Origin: Selaginella moellendorffii
Lineage: Eukaryota; Plantae; Lycopodiophyta
Assembly: GCF_000143415.4 (NCBI RefSeq)
Contig: NW_003314263.1
Coordinates: 4,346,466-4,410,465, forward strand
Direction of reading: 5' to 3'
DNA: 64,000 nucleotides
How positions within the stretch are numbered: the first letter of the stretch is position 1; each line of letters opens with the position of its first letter. The notes beneath the pieces are model-generated. The model did no database searches. It was given only the letters and a program-made list of their open reading frames with translations, and was not told the DNA's origin. Positions 24,101 to 37,700 of this stretch are shown here, in pieces. The translations under genes and the position numbers were made by a program.

Positions 24101-26674
24101 GGATTGGTAAATTCACTACAGAAATAGAGGTGCTAATTCCCTTTGGCTTAATACAGGTTTTTAATTAATAGTTAATAAGGATGTTGACATCTTTCAAGGG
24201 GGGTCCTTAGAATCTTAGAGGGATGAATGGGGATAAAATAACTATCAAAGGTTTTCTCATTAAGCAATTGTTTATTTTCCATTTAGCTTAAGGAGAGAGA
24301 GATAGGGTATGTTATATGGGACGAGTTTGAAAATAGAAAGACATAACTTGGATCAACACTATTACACTAAGGCTTATTTTCCTTTAAAAAGCTAACTAAG
24401 CTATCATATATAAGCAAAAAAATTGGGCATTTGTAACTCTTGTCTTGAACTCTAGCTTAAAGAGAGCTAAAGCTAGCCTTAGTGAAGAATACATTAGGGA
24501 ATTATTCACCCATATCTTACGAGACTTTGACAAAGATAGAATCATGATTACAACATTGTGCTATCTCAAAGCTTTGATCCAAGGTCTTTTAACTTGGACA
24601 ACTACTCAAACATGGTTTGAGAATAAACTTGTCTTGAGTTTAAGTCTTCTATGCATATTGCAAGAGCTTATGAGACTTGAACAAGACTCACAAATAAAAA
24701 ATTTAGAAGCGATTATTATGAACTGCTAACCATTTAAACCACTTTATGCTTAGTACATTTAGGCAAATTAATCAAAGCTCATCTTTTATATATAGAGAGC
24801 TTACTCAAACATTTAAGATTACAAACACTACTTAGTGTTATACAAGCTTGAGTAAAGATTTGTATTAATTATTACTGCCCATTAGTGAAGAGGCTAAAGA
24901 GAAATTTGCCTTGAAAAGCAATTTTTGTCTAGATCTAAAGTAAAGTCTTCCACGAATTAGTTATCACATGCTTGAAAAACTATCTAACATCATTCCACAA
25001 GCAAATTAATCTAGAATATGCTATCATGCACTAGACAATTTAACCCTTGTGTTTATTTTACAAGGCAATTTCATAGAATGGTCTCCACACCCTATTCAAA
25101 TTAGTTTCCAATATTGATCCATTTAAAAAAGGTTTCCCTTTGAATGTATGCTAAAGTTTACTTAGGGAGTTTAAAGTATTTGTTAAAATTTGCTAAGACC
25201 AATAAGCCACTCTTTATATTCCATAGTTGTAAGGGCAAAGTTGGTTATAAACCAGAGGGTAAAACCCATTATGAACCAAGCAAGCTACTCTGGAATTGGC
25301 TATCATGCATTACAAACCTTGCACTAAATTAATCTTAACTACACTAGGCACAAGCCAAAAGGGAAAGTCCTTCTATGCACCTAGGTGGAAAGATTAAGGA
25401 TTGACACACCGTAGTTTTGATAGAAGTTGATTGGGGGAATTAGGGTAGACAAAATAAAAATGTTTATTAGCGATCCACCATATTTATCAAAAGATATATT
25501 TTGGTTATAGACTCAGACGAAAGTTAATTGATCCCCACTCTGTATGACTAGGCAAAAGTATAATAAAAGTAAAAACTAAACCATCTTGTATGCTTAACTA
25601 GGCCAATGAATGATAGATTTAATGAAATTGCTTAAACAATTCAATGAAATACTGAGCAAGATAATTAACAATATTCTACTCAAGGTATATAAAAGTTTGA
25701 CTTTTGGTACCTTTATTATTATCAAAGAAGGTATGATAATTTACAAAGTCGTGTCTTCACTCACAAAACTGCAAATGAGCTGAGTGAGCAAGCAGTCCAA
25801 AGCTTTATAGAGGATCTCACTCAACACATCAAGGGAGGAGGAAAATAGTCAATCGATGAGTCGATACAACTGGTAGAAAATGAGAAAACAACGAAATACT
25901 ACACATAGGTCTTAAGGTACCTTATAACAATCACCAAGATAATGGATGAAGTCATGAGTGAGCAGAATCATTAGTGCCACATAATCCAAGAACTTAAGAG
26001 TGCAATCTCGGCTTCCACATCCACCGATGCAGAGCGCATCAACTGCCAGGACTAGCATATTGCAATACTTGACTAGGAAAATCAGATCATGCATTAGGAA
26101 TTTGACGGTCTATGCCGAAACATTGAGGTTGTCACCATGAAGACCAAACTCAATAGGCAGGATTTAGAGAATTTGACTACCTGAGGATAGACAATAACTT
26201 TGTTATGGGGGAGTGATAAAGAGGTAAATGTTTTATTTTATATAAGTAGAGCAAAAAAAGGAAGTTTAAGCAAAATGGAGTTATACCTAAGTTTAGGCAT
26301 CTAAAGAAGAAAGACTCGACCTAGACAATGCTCATTATAGATAAGTGACAAGCAGTTAGGACCAGTTATAAAATCACATAGTATACAAGTAGCACATAGA
26401 CGTGCTAGAAAATAACCTTCACTCACTATTATATGCATTTGCATTGAATTAACCATCTTTTCTCTTGTTTATGACTTTTTGTGTAAAGTAGAGTTGAGAG
26501 AGTGACATATGTTTATCCTTACTCATGCTTTTGGGATTCAAGGTTGAGTTCTATTCTATTTTCTTTTCATTCTTTTTCTTTTTTTTTCTTCTCTACATTC
26601 TTGTCTTTGTTTATTTGTCATTATTTTACTAACAAGGGCAAGAATGTGAGTTTAGGTAGAAAAATCCTTACTCA
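21133..26674 (+). mobile_element. Decayed LTR retrotransposon with an Arg-type PBS
   Basis: LTRs ~21133-21581 and 26214-26674; TSD GTATT (21128-21132, 26675-26679); PBS TGGCGACCATGGTAGGA at ~21583; PPT ATGGGGGAG before 26214. Confidence 0.8.
21701..23587 (-). mobile_element. Internally deleted Ty3/gypsy element (gag N-terminus joined to integrase C-terminus)
   Basis: LTRs 21701-21911 and 23355-23587; TSD GGTAA on both sides; Met-i PBS TGGTATCAGAG (23343-23353, - strand); PPT GGGGGAAAGAA. Gag fragment 22737-23372; integrase fragment (SDRD..F, HPQTDG.TERVN, GPY) 21986-22730. Confidence 0.92.
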
Positions 26675-29143
26675 GTATTAATTTTTTATTATTTAGATGA
26701 AGGCTCATCAAACAAATGTTGCCTACAAATAATATTTTTCCAAATAATTATAAGGAAGTGGTAAAAGTCACTAAACACAGTGGACTTACCTACAAAAAGA
26801 TTGATTAATGCATCAATGATTATATGTTATTTCATAAGGAGAACAAGGAACTTCAATTTTGTTAAATATATAATGCTAGCAGCTATAAAGATTTTAATAA
26901 TTCTATACTAGAGAAAATAGTGTGCTATTTCCCTATTATACCTTGACTTCAATAATAATTTCAATGTAGAGAAATAACATAATACATGACTTATCATTTT
27001 GATCATCAATCCATTAATGGAATAATGAGATTCTATACAGATTGTTTAGCTTGGAAAAAGCTCAAAAATGATTATCCGAAGTTTGTAATAGATCCAAGAA
27101 ATATACATCTTAGTGTGGCTGTAGATAGTATTTCTCCAATAAAATTAATGGCAATACCATATTTATATTAACTAATTATTGTAATCAATAATACCAACTC
27201 TAATAATTAAGCCTTCATTTAAATTTCCTATTAAGGTATTAGGTTAAAAATTAAAATAAAATAATTATATTTATAATTTTTCTAGGTCCAAAACATCCTA
27301 AGTTTTTTAATACTTATTTGTCATTATTTATGGAAGAGTTAAAACATGGAGTACCGGTATATTCATGATTTTCCTAGATTATGAACCGGTTTAGAACTTC
27401 AAACTAGTGGGAAATACTTTTGCATAGACTTTAGGCTTGGATTTCTTGGAATATGGTCATGAATTTTACATAAATACATATATATTGGTCATTAGTGTTT
27501 TTTACCTTAGGATCATCCATTTAGGTCTACTGATAGAAAATAAGATTTTAATTAATATTTCCAAAATATAAATTAACCTATAATTTTAATTATTTTATTT
27601 AATGGTCATAATTGTATTTGACTCATATCAGGACAGGACAGAGGACTCCAGAACAATGGGAAACATATTATTATTTGGTTAAACAAGAAAATTAAATATT
27701 ATCACCTAATGGTATGAAATGGTTACCCACATTTTATTAGTTTCCATATTTTTATAAGTTGCCAGTAGAATTTTTAAAGGATTATATGGATATATTTAAA
27801 AATGTTTCTAAAACTATTATTGCTAACAATGATGGATTAAGTAATAAAAAAGATTTAGTTGCACATAGAATGAAGCAAAATATGTGGCTACAACATGATG
27901 AAAAATTTGATTGTGCAACTTGAACATTAACAAGTCATAAAAACAAATTACTTATATATAATTTAAAAGTTTTAAAAGTGCCTACAACATATGGAATTGC
28001 ATTTTCAAATTGTGTCGATAAGAAAGGTATTTTAACATGTATGAAAATTCATGATAGGCTTCCTATACTACAAGTAAGTTTCTAAATTTACTAATATAAA
28101 CTAATAGAATTTTTATCCCATTTTTATAATGGGAAACACACCTCAATTACAGGAAGTAATATATTTGCATAGAGAAGTTGCAAGGTACTAGTTGATTTAA
28201 TTATTTGATTTCACTTATTTTTAATTTCTATTAGGTTTTTAATGCTTGAGAAGTAGATAAATCTTTGATACCTATTATGAAAGAAACATTTAGCACATAT
28301 TGGAAAGAACATTACCTACAACAACTATGATAATACAAGTACATATATTAGTATACTTAGTGAATGAGCTAGAAAATAATTTTGAAAATTATAAATTTCC
28401 AATGCCTAAATATCTACTTTTTAAGAGAAAACATAAAATTTTAATACAATATTTAGAAATCCCTATTTATATGAACTCCCTATTAACCATTTATTAAATA
28501 AAAATCTTATAAGAATATAAAAAGTTCAAAGAATCTATAGAATTGTAAGAAATGATTTGAAGACTCTAAAAAGGTATATTTATATTAATATCTTATTTTA
28601 CATTTTGGTTTAAGGAAGAGGCTTTCGATTGTTGTTCATCAACTCAATTATGTGTGCAATAAGATGGCACTTGAGGATACTCATGCATCAACTTTAATGT
28701 TGGAGGGCATGTTTCATGGCTGTCTAGTGCAGGATTTACTAGATAGTGGGAGTGATGACAACTTTGTTTTAGTAAAGTTTGTTGTGAAGCATAACTTGGT
28801 GACATGAGGAGTTGTTCTATACATAATGGAAGATGCAACTATCTTTGCTCAACATTTTGATGCTTATATAGAGGGGTTAGAAGTGTTGGTTGGTAAAACC
28901 ACACTTGTGAAAGAATTTTATCTTAGAGATATCTGTTGTGTGGATCTCATTTTTAGATTATCATGGTTGGTGAAGGTGGATCCAAAAATAAAGTGGAGTA
29001 TTAAGTGTGTCTCGCTAAAGTACAATGGCGTTAAAGATGTATGGTTTGGAGAGAGGTTCAACCTCTAGTTTTTATGCTTTCTACTACATCTTTGAAGGAT
29101 TGTTATAATAGAAAAGCACTTTCAAGTTACTTGCTATTTGTTC

Positions 29144-29243
29144 NNNNNNNNNNNNNNNNNNNNNNNNNNNNNNNNNNNNNNNNNNNNNNNNNNNNNNNNN
29201 NNNNNNNNNNNNNNNNNNNNNNNNNNNNNNNNNNNNNNNNNNN
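29144..29243. other. Assembly gap (100 N)
   Basis: Run of N. Confidence 1.
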
Positions 29244-29785
29244 GACGAGTACTTCATTTGAGTTTGGATTTATTCAACTAAGTCTTCATTTGTTCCGGTT
29301 TTGCTTGTGAAGAAGAAAGATGATTCAATGAAAATATGTACTGACTACAGTGTTTTGAACAAGAAGACAATGAAGGATAAAATGCCAATAATGCATGTGG
29401 ATGATATTTTAAACAAGCTTGGTGAAGCACGAGTGTTTACCAAGATTAATTTAAAAAGTGGATATCATTAGATTGCAATAGATGATGCATCTATTTCGAA
29501 GACGGCATTTAGTACAAGCTTTGGGCATTTTGAGTTTATAATTATGCCATTTGGTTTGACAAATGCACCAACCACATTTACTTGGTTGATGATTGAAGTA
29601 TTTGGATGTTATCTTCATGAGTTTATGGAGATTTTCTTGGATGATATTATTGTTTTCAACAAGAATATAGAGGAAAATAAGGTGCATTTGCACAAGGTTC
29701 TTTTGACAACAAACTTTACGCAAAAAAAAGCAAATGTGAGTTTGCAAAATTGGAGGTAGAATATCTAGGCATATAAGGTAAGGGC

Positions 29786-30203
29786 TGAAAACTCCTGGAT
29801 TCTCTAAATTGGGAGGGAAACATCCACATGAAAACTTCCTAGAAGTTTCAAATCTAATCTAGTCTCTAAATCTAAAATTACACTATGAGAAGAATGCACT
29901 TACTTGCTTGTGCCAAACCTAGTAGATACTGTGAACACATGCTTGAAAGTGCTAGTCCCACGCCTTTGATCCCTTGAAGGTGGTAGGTAAGTAAGACATT
30001 GCCATGAAGAGCCAAAGAGATATGCAGAATGACGATGTATTGCAATGTATTTTGTATTAAGGGTAAGTCTAAAAACTTTCTAAGTCATACTTTTATAGTC
30101 GCTGCTGCTCACGTCAAGGTTAGGAATACAATCCAAACCTTGAACCTCTCAAGTTTGTGTTCCTAAGCTTGAGCTTCCGAGCTTGATTTTTTCTCTTTCT
30201 CCA
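29786..30203 (-). repeat. Isolated LTR of the 7381-11638 family
   Basis: TGAAAACTCC...TTCTCCA, colinear with 7381-7799. Flanks do not match, so there is no intact TSD. Confidence 0.9.
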
Positions 30204-33200
30204 GTTGCGATGGCTGACTAAGTTGAACACTGGAATCCTATTGTCGATGGTGGTGTCGACGATGGTGTCGACGGAACTGTGGAGATTTGGACCATTCAAG
30301 ATGTGGTTTATGAGCTGCAAGCCCTTCATTGAAATCAACAAGAATAATGGCTAATCTTCTACTCACGGTAAGTTAGATACTAAAAAGTTGCAAACTTTGC
30401 AGTGTGAGGATGATGAGAACGACTATTCCAGTCGAAAGAAGAGACTTTCAATCGTTGCTCGTTAGCTTAACTATGTGTGGAACAAAATGGAGCTCGAGGA
30501 TACTCGTGAATCAGATTTAATGTTGAAGGGCGTGTTTCGTGGCGATCTAGTGTGGATTTTACTAGATAGTGGGAGCGATGACAACTTTGTTTCGGCAAAG
30601 TTTGTTGTGGAGCATGGCCTGATCACACGTAGAGTTCTTCCATACACAGTGGAAGGTGTAGCTACCTCTGCTCAGCATTTCAATGCTTGTGTCGAGGGTC
30701 TGGAAGTGTTGGTTAGCAAAACCACACTTGTGGAGATTTTTTATCTTGCGGATATCCATCATGTGGATCTCATTTTTGGGATGCTATAGTTGGTGGATCT
30801 AGAGATAAAATGGAGTATTAAACGTGTCTCGCTAGAATATGGTGGTGTTAAAAATGTGTGGTTTGGTGAAGGTGTTCAATCACCAGTTGTTATGCTCTCT
30901 GCTACATCTTTGAAGCAGATTTGTCATAATAGAAAAGAACTTTCAAGTTACTTGCTGTTTGTTCGTGACTTGAGGGACCAAGGCACGTGTGGGGGAGAAG
31001 CAGTAGTACGGGATGTACTTGATGAGTTTTCTGATGTTTTTCCATCTGAACTTCCTCATGGGTTGCCTCCATTATGAGGTGTGGAATATGAGATTACATT
31101 GGCATAAGTTCGTAGAGGTGGCTATTCCTTTGACACGGTTGTTACGCAAGAATGTGCCATTCGAGTGGAAGAAGCCACAAGAGGAGAGTTTTGTGGTGCT
31201 GAAATGATTGTTGAGCGAAACTCCAATGTTTCGCATTACTGATCCATTGAAACCTTACGAGGTGACATTATGTACTCTCCATTGTTAATGCTTTAGAGGC
31301 ATGGTGCCCCTATCTTTATGGTGCAGCGTTTGTGGTGTTGACAGATTACAAACCACTTATGTATCTTTTCACACAGAAGGAGTTGAATATTAAGCAAGCT
31401 TATTGGATGGTCAAACTCATGGAGTTTGGGGAGTTTCCTATTGAGCATCGTTTGGGAAAATCAAATGTGGTGGCAAATGCTTTATTTCATATTTGTCATG
31501 TAACAACATTATAAACATGATTTTGTCATCATTTGAGTAAGATGGTTAGGAGTTTGGGCAGTTGGTTGAACATGCTCAAGCTCAGGATGCTGAGGTGGCC
31601 TCTTTGCGAGACCAGATGGCCACTCCTTTCTCATTGGTGGATGGGATTCTCTACTACAATGGCTGTGTCTATTTGCCATAGGTGGATGCATTAATTACTC
31701 AAGTTTTATTCCACTATCATGATCGTCCAGAGGCTGTTCATTTTTGGGGGAAGAAGACATATAACTTGATTAAGTGCAATTTTTAATGGAGGAATATGAA
31801 GGCTGATATCCTCAAGTATTGTAAATCATGCAAGCTCTGTCAGCGGGTTAAGGTGCCATGGGAGAAGCTGGGGGGACTTTTACAACCTTTACCTATTCCT
31901 TAGAGCCATTAGTGTAATATCTCTATGGACTTCATCACTTGTTTGCCATGAACACAAAGGCAAAAAGAGCAAGTATGGGTAATAGTGAATCAGTTGACGA
32001 AGTATGTGCAGTTGTTGGCTCTTCAAAAGACTGTCACTGCCTCAGACTTAGCTGTGGTTTACTTGGAAAAGGTTTTTCCTAATTTTGGTTTGCCAAAGGA
32101 CATCATTAGTGATCGAGATTCAAAGTTCACTAGTGGATTTTGGAAAAGCTTTGCAAAGGCTATGCAAGTGACTTTGAAACTATCGAGTGGAGATCATCCT
32201 CAGACAGATGGGCAAACCTAGCGTGTGAATCAGGTGGTGGAGGATATGCTATGTTGTACCATTGGTTAAAGGCAAGGTCAGTGGGATCTATATCTTCTAT
32301 TGGCCCAATTTACTTACAATAATAACCAACACAGTGGAACCAAGCTAAGTCCTTACTTTGCCATGTTTGGAAGGCATCCTCAAACAGCGGTGGAGTTGAA
32401 ATTGCATTTGAGTAAGGATGTTCAAGATAAGCTTGATTCCGAGGCGACTAATCTGGCCACAGAACTTAATGAGATTTTGGTGGTGTGCAAACGGAATTTG
32501 CAAGCAGCTTAGGATAGAGTGGAGAAGTTTGCCAATGAGCATAGCCAATTTCGGGAATATAAGATGGGTGATCTTGTCTTTGTACGATTGATCTTTCCGT
32601 CAAGTGAGCGGTAGAACACCTTGGTGCCTTTATGGACAGGGAAGAGTGATAAGCTTTTCCATCGATATGCTAGTCCATATGAAGTGCTGGAGCATATTGG
32701 TAAAGCGGCTTATTGGGTGCAGTTGCTAACTGGGGTGGAAATTCATCTGGTATTTTATGTCAGCCAATTGAAAGGTGTACTATCTCGGAGTGATGGGCCC
32801 AATGCCTCCTTGATGTATATGGCTGTGGAAGATGGACCAAGAGCTTGAGCAAGGTTCCCAGAAAGTGTGATCACCGGTACAACTTGTCCTTGGGAGAAGG
32901 ACTTTGTTGGGGGGGAAGAATTGTTAGGTATCAGCTTTGACCACGTGGTCAACATCAGTCAAAGGGAGGCTCAAGGGTATATTAAGGCATGTTAGGGTAA
33001 GGGACAGAAACCTACCCCAAGGCTCATAGTGGAGCAGTAGTGCAATGGAGCTTTTGAGGTAGCTCGGGGGTGGTTGGGTGGTGAGGAATCTTAAGAGGTG
33101 GCATAGCATATTCTAGGGCAGTTAGATCTTTGTCTTTTTGCACCGGATCATAACAAGGCCATATTTTGATATTTAAGGGTGTCAAAATGAATCCAAGAAA

Positions 33201-33403
33201 GGTGGTTGTGGTGGAAAACTAGCCTACACCAACTTCAGTGACCAAGTTATGTAGCTTTCTTAATATGGTTAGTTACTATTGACATTTCCAGCATAAATTT
33301 GCGGAGGTGGCTATTCCTTTGATACAGTTGTTGCACAGGAACATGTCATTCGAGTGGAAGAAGCCCCATGAGAAGAGTTTTATGGCATTGAAACAGTTGT
33401 TGA

Positions 33404-33970
33404 TGCAACATATAGGTACATTTCTCCATTGCCCCTTAAGGGCTAATACAACATTGAGAGCACACTCTCAGAGAAATTAGTGAAACCAGTGAAACCATAA
33501 GCATGAACACTCGACACTATTCTTGGGCTGTCTGCCTCCCAAGTTCCTCCACCATGAAACTTGAGGCCACCTACTACACTCCATGAGCATAAACGCCTGG
33601 CGCTACTCTTGGGTTGTCCACCTCCCAAGTGACTCTGCCATGAAACTTGAAGCCCCCTGCTACACTTCATGATCTGCGAGACTTGCATGGAGTGCTCCAC
33701 CACTAGTATGCTTTCGGGCCCAAAACAATGTCCAATTGCAACGAAACTCCAACTCATAGCTCCAAGCAAGGTGTGAACGTCTTCCAACTCAAAGCTGAAG
33801 TGTGCTACCTTACCTCCTATACGAGACAAGTGCACGAACTCATCCTCAATTGAGTCCTAGCCCTACAATAGGGACTAGAGAAAGGGCATGAACCTCCTCC
33901 AAAGGGAGCAAACTCCAAAGTAGGCATTGGAGAAGAGATATATGGATCCCCTATGCGTGTCGCACTATAT
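33404..33970. repeat. ~565-bp dispersed LTR-like repeat; related copies at 49955-50182 and ~63170-63403
   Basis: TGCAACA...TGTCGCA ends; shared blocks occur in reverse orientation at the other two sites. Confidence 0.7.
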
Positions 33971-34789
33971 CATTGAAATAATTGTTGAGTGAGGCTGTAA
34001 TGCTTTGCATTGCTGATCTATTAAAACCTTATGAAGTCATATGATGCAAGAGGTTATGCATTGGGAAGAGTTCTCATGCAAGAAGAACAACTTATTACAT
34101 ATGAGAGTCGAACTTTAAATCCAATGGAGCAATGTTATTCCATATATGAGTAAAAGTTACTCTCCATTGTTAATGCTTTACAGGCATAGTGCCACTATCT
34201 TTATGGTGCAATGTTCAAAGTGTTGACAGATCACAAACCTCTTGTATATCTTTTCACACAGAAAGAGTTGAACACTATGCAAGCTCGTTGGATAGTCAAA
34301 CTCATGGAGTTTGGGGAGTTTACTATTGAGCATCATCTAAGAAAATCAAATGTGATAGCAGATGCTTTATTTTGTGTTTGTCATGTGATAGCATTACAAA
34401 TACAGTTTTGTCATCATTTGAGTAAGGTGGTCAGTGAGTTTGGGTAGTTGGTTAACCATACTCAGGTTTAGAGTGTTAAAATGGTCTTTTTGCGAGCCTG
34501 GATGGAAGCACCTTTCTCATTGGTGGATGGGATTCTTTACTATAATAGCCATATATATTTGCCATGGGTGGATGCGTTAATTACTCAAGTTTTATTCCAC
34601 TTGGTTATTTTGGAGGGAAGAAGATATATAACTTGATTAAGCACAATTTTTATTAGGGGAATATAAAGGTTAATATCTTCGAGTATTGTAAATCATACAA
34701 ACTTTGTCAGTGAGTAAAAGGTGCCACAAAAAAAGCCAAAGGGACTTTTGCAACCTTTATCTATTCCTCAGAGCCATTAGTGTAATATC

Positions 34790-37700
34790 TCTATGGGGGG
34801 ATGGTCCAAAGTTGAGTTGAGCTCAATTCAACACAAGTCAACTCAAGTCAACACAATCAACTAGAAGTATTACAAAGGAAATCTAAATTTAACAAATGAA
34901 GGTTCTAGCAAACTTTATAATATTTAAATACGTAAATATCTGAGTTAAAAGTTTCTATAAGATTGAATTAGACAAAGTTCATGAGAACCTATCTTTTATA
35001 AAGCTATATTATTTTATTATGACTACTATTACAGCTATCATATTTTGATTTGACTACTTAATATTTTGAATACTTTTACAGCTGTAGATACTATTCCTTC
35101 ATTCAAATTTTTTTTTGAGAAAATGGGAAGCAAGGAAAATCTGCGAGTAAAAGTTGTAGTGCAAAGGAATGTGAGAATGCTAATTTTGTTTCACTACCAC
35201 AATCTCCATATTACACTTTTGGTCCTTATTACCTATTTGGGAATATGGAGACCATTGTCATGATTGATAAAAATGCTTATATTACTTTTGAAATAATAGT
35301 CTAGAGCAAGAGAAATGTGTGAAACACAAAATCCCTAGACCCCAAAGTGGAGCCGAAAGGGTGCCACGTGGTAGTGGTTGAAGCGAAAGCCAAATGAGTG
35401 TAACACATTTGGACCAAAAACTTTGACTTGAAAGGTCGAGAGTGGGAGTGGAATTCCCGACAAAGTGCTCAAGGAACAAGCACGAAACGAGTGATAAGTG
35501 AGTCTCTAGAAAAGAGACACAAGTGGACCCGAGATGGAGTCCGAGATGGAACTGAGATGGAGTCTAAGATGGAGTCCAAGATGGAGTCCGAGATGGAGTC
35601 CAAGATGGAGTTCGAGATGCAGTCCGAGATGGACCCGAGATGGAACCAAGATGGAGTCTGAGATGGAGTCCAAGATAGACCCGAGATGGAGTCCGAGATG
35701 GACCCGAGATGGAGTCCGAGATGGACCCGAGATGGAGTCCCAGATGGAGTCCAAGATGGAGTCTGAGATGGATCCAAGATGGAGTCCGAGATGGACCCGA
35801 GATGGAGCCCGAGATGGAACCAAGACCGAGACCGAGACCGAGTCCGAGTTCGAGTTCGAGTTCGAGTTCGAGTCTGAATTCTAATACAGGCTGTTGAGTG
35901 AAAGCCCAAAGTGATTGTCCCCCAGGCGGGGGGGGGGGGGGCGTGGGGGGTTCCAAAAGTATAGTAGGGAGAGTGTGGGGGTTGGAGCCTAGTGGCTAGT
36001 GGAGCCAGTTTGGCCAGGAAAGGCCTGTTTGGCCCAAGAAGGCCATACCTAGTGTGGGTGATAAGCTAACCACTGGGAAGTCCAAAACTAGAGTGAATAC
36101 GGACCGATAAGTGGGGTAGCTTGGTGAAGTGGTCAAGAGCCGACTCTAGTTCCCCTGGGAGATCGAATGGTCGATGTTCCCAGTCCAAGTGTGGGTGGCA
36201 CTACCTACTTGGATACCTGGCGTGGCTCAACGGAACCTCGCTCTAAACCCATAACTATAGCACCCAAAGGTCGAAAGTGGGGAGAGTACCCATGAGGCTC
36301 GCATAGGGCCACGGTGTTCCAAAATGTTATCTCAAAGGCCCAGATAGTGGAAAGGAAAAGGAGTAGTCCTCTGGTGTAGTGACCAAGGATATAGTCGTGT
36401 GGTGAGGAAGTCCCAGAGGACTGTGGGACTTAGTGGTCAGGCCTGTGGGTCTCGACCCAGTGGCAGTGTTGGCGAACACGGCCATGGGAAGAAAGGGACT
36501 TAGTGGGGACTGGAAAAAGGATATTAAGGAAGGCTATTCCCCATGTTTGCGGTCATCCTAAGGATGCTAAGGAGTGGATTTGGGATGAACACCTATGGAC
36601 GGATGGCCTAGTCTTTGAGAGACGGTACTGTGATGTAGGTGGTGTCAAACCACCAGTGTGACCAAGGTGAATAGGCATGGCTTTAGTGTAACGGGCTGAT
36701 ATGTTGGTGGTACCTTGGGGTGTTGGTCATGGGATTGGACATGTGGAGCACTTGGACCAAGTGCAATGGTTGAGTGCCATTCTTGGGGCTAGTAAGTCCC
36801 TAAGTCCAAAATAGGACTTACGGAGGTTGTGAGTGAGACTCCTCCAAGTGGTCGGAGGTGTGGTTAAGTGACTAAAGTAAAATGGAAAATTTAGTCGTTT
36901 ACAACTTGGTATCAAAGCTGTTCGTTAGTATGACTTTTATTGGTGCTCAAGTATATCACCATTGATGTTGGCATTGGAAGGTCCTAGGAGTGGGCCTATC
37001 CTTGAGGAGTAGCATGACGAGAGGACATATCTCTCCACTCAAGTTTATACGTGAACTTGGGCGCGATGTGGTGGATAGAAAAGGGCTAGTAAGGGAATGA
37101 CTTTGGGATCTTAGGAACAGTATAAGGGTTTCCTCAGAGAGTTGAGGATGTGATTCAAATGAGCATTTGACTTAACAAATTGGCTAATGTTGTTGTGGTA
37201 AACAACTATAGTTGGGATCACGGAAAAGATAGAGATTCCAAAAGTAATAAAGGAGTCACGAGATTATCCTCATATAGTTAAAGTTGGTGCTCAAGAATGT
37301 AAGACCAGAAGTAATGACCGCAAGAGGCTAAATATAGAAGAGGACACAAGTCCTTGAAATGGTAGTTAGGGCTATCTTTAATAAATGCTGGAACAACCCA
37401 AGGAGTTGGGGGTGTAGGATGAGTTGGTATTCTCATCACATGGACAAGTAGTCTTAAGGGGCAAAAGTTGTCCCCAAAGAATGAAATCAAGTGTTAGAGT
37501 AACACTTGCAAAGATGGTCTTTGTGAGTAGGGCATGAATACAAGAAGTTGTATTTTAGCAAGCTAGCACCTCAAAATAAGACCTTATAGGTCATTGGATT
37601 ATAAAGTCCAAAATTGCTAGATAACTCAAGTAGAGTCAAAAAATGGTCCTAAGGGGTTGCTAAAAGCATTTGGACTAAAGTGTGTTGTGCCCCATGAAGA

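Larger units (their letters stand above)
20347..28500 (+). mobile_element. Decayed CACTA/En-Spm element (TnpD remnants) carrying nested LTR elements
   Basis: Terminus CACTACTACAGAAAA at 20347. TnpD-like remnants: PIYDGASVS.LSA (~21030), P.NYKE...GLTYKKID.CIND (~26740-26820), AWKKL...YPKF..DPRNIHL..AVD.ISP (27050-27140). Right end not identified. Confidence 0.7.
28600..34790 (+). mobile_element. Nested decayed Ty3/gypsy pol sequences of the same family as 21701-23587
   Basis: Protease LDSG (~28740, ~30560); RT MPFGLTNAP..F, FLDD (29544-29650); RNase H TDHKPL; integrase 31700-32850; PPT and 3' LTR at 32922-33155. Confidence 0.8.

Noticed and set aside
35428-35956. Repetitive ORFs and a CRISPR-like appearance
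   Set aside because: They are translations of a minisatellite; there are no unique spacers or cas genes.
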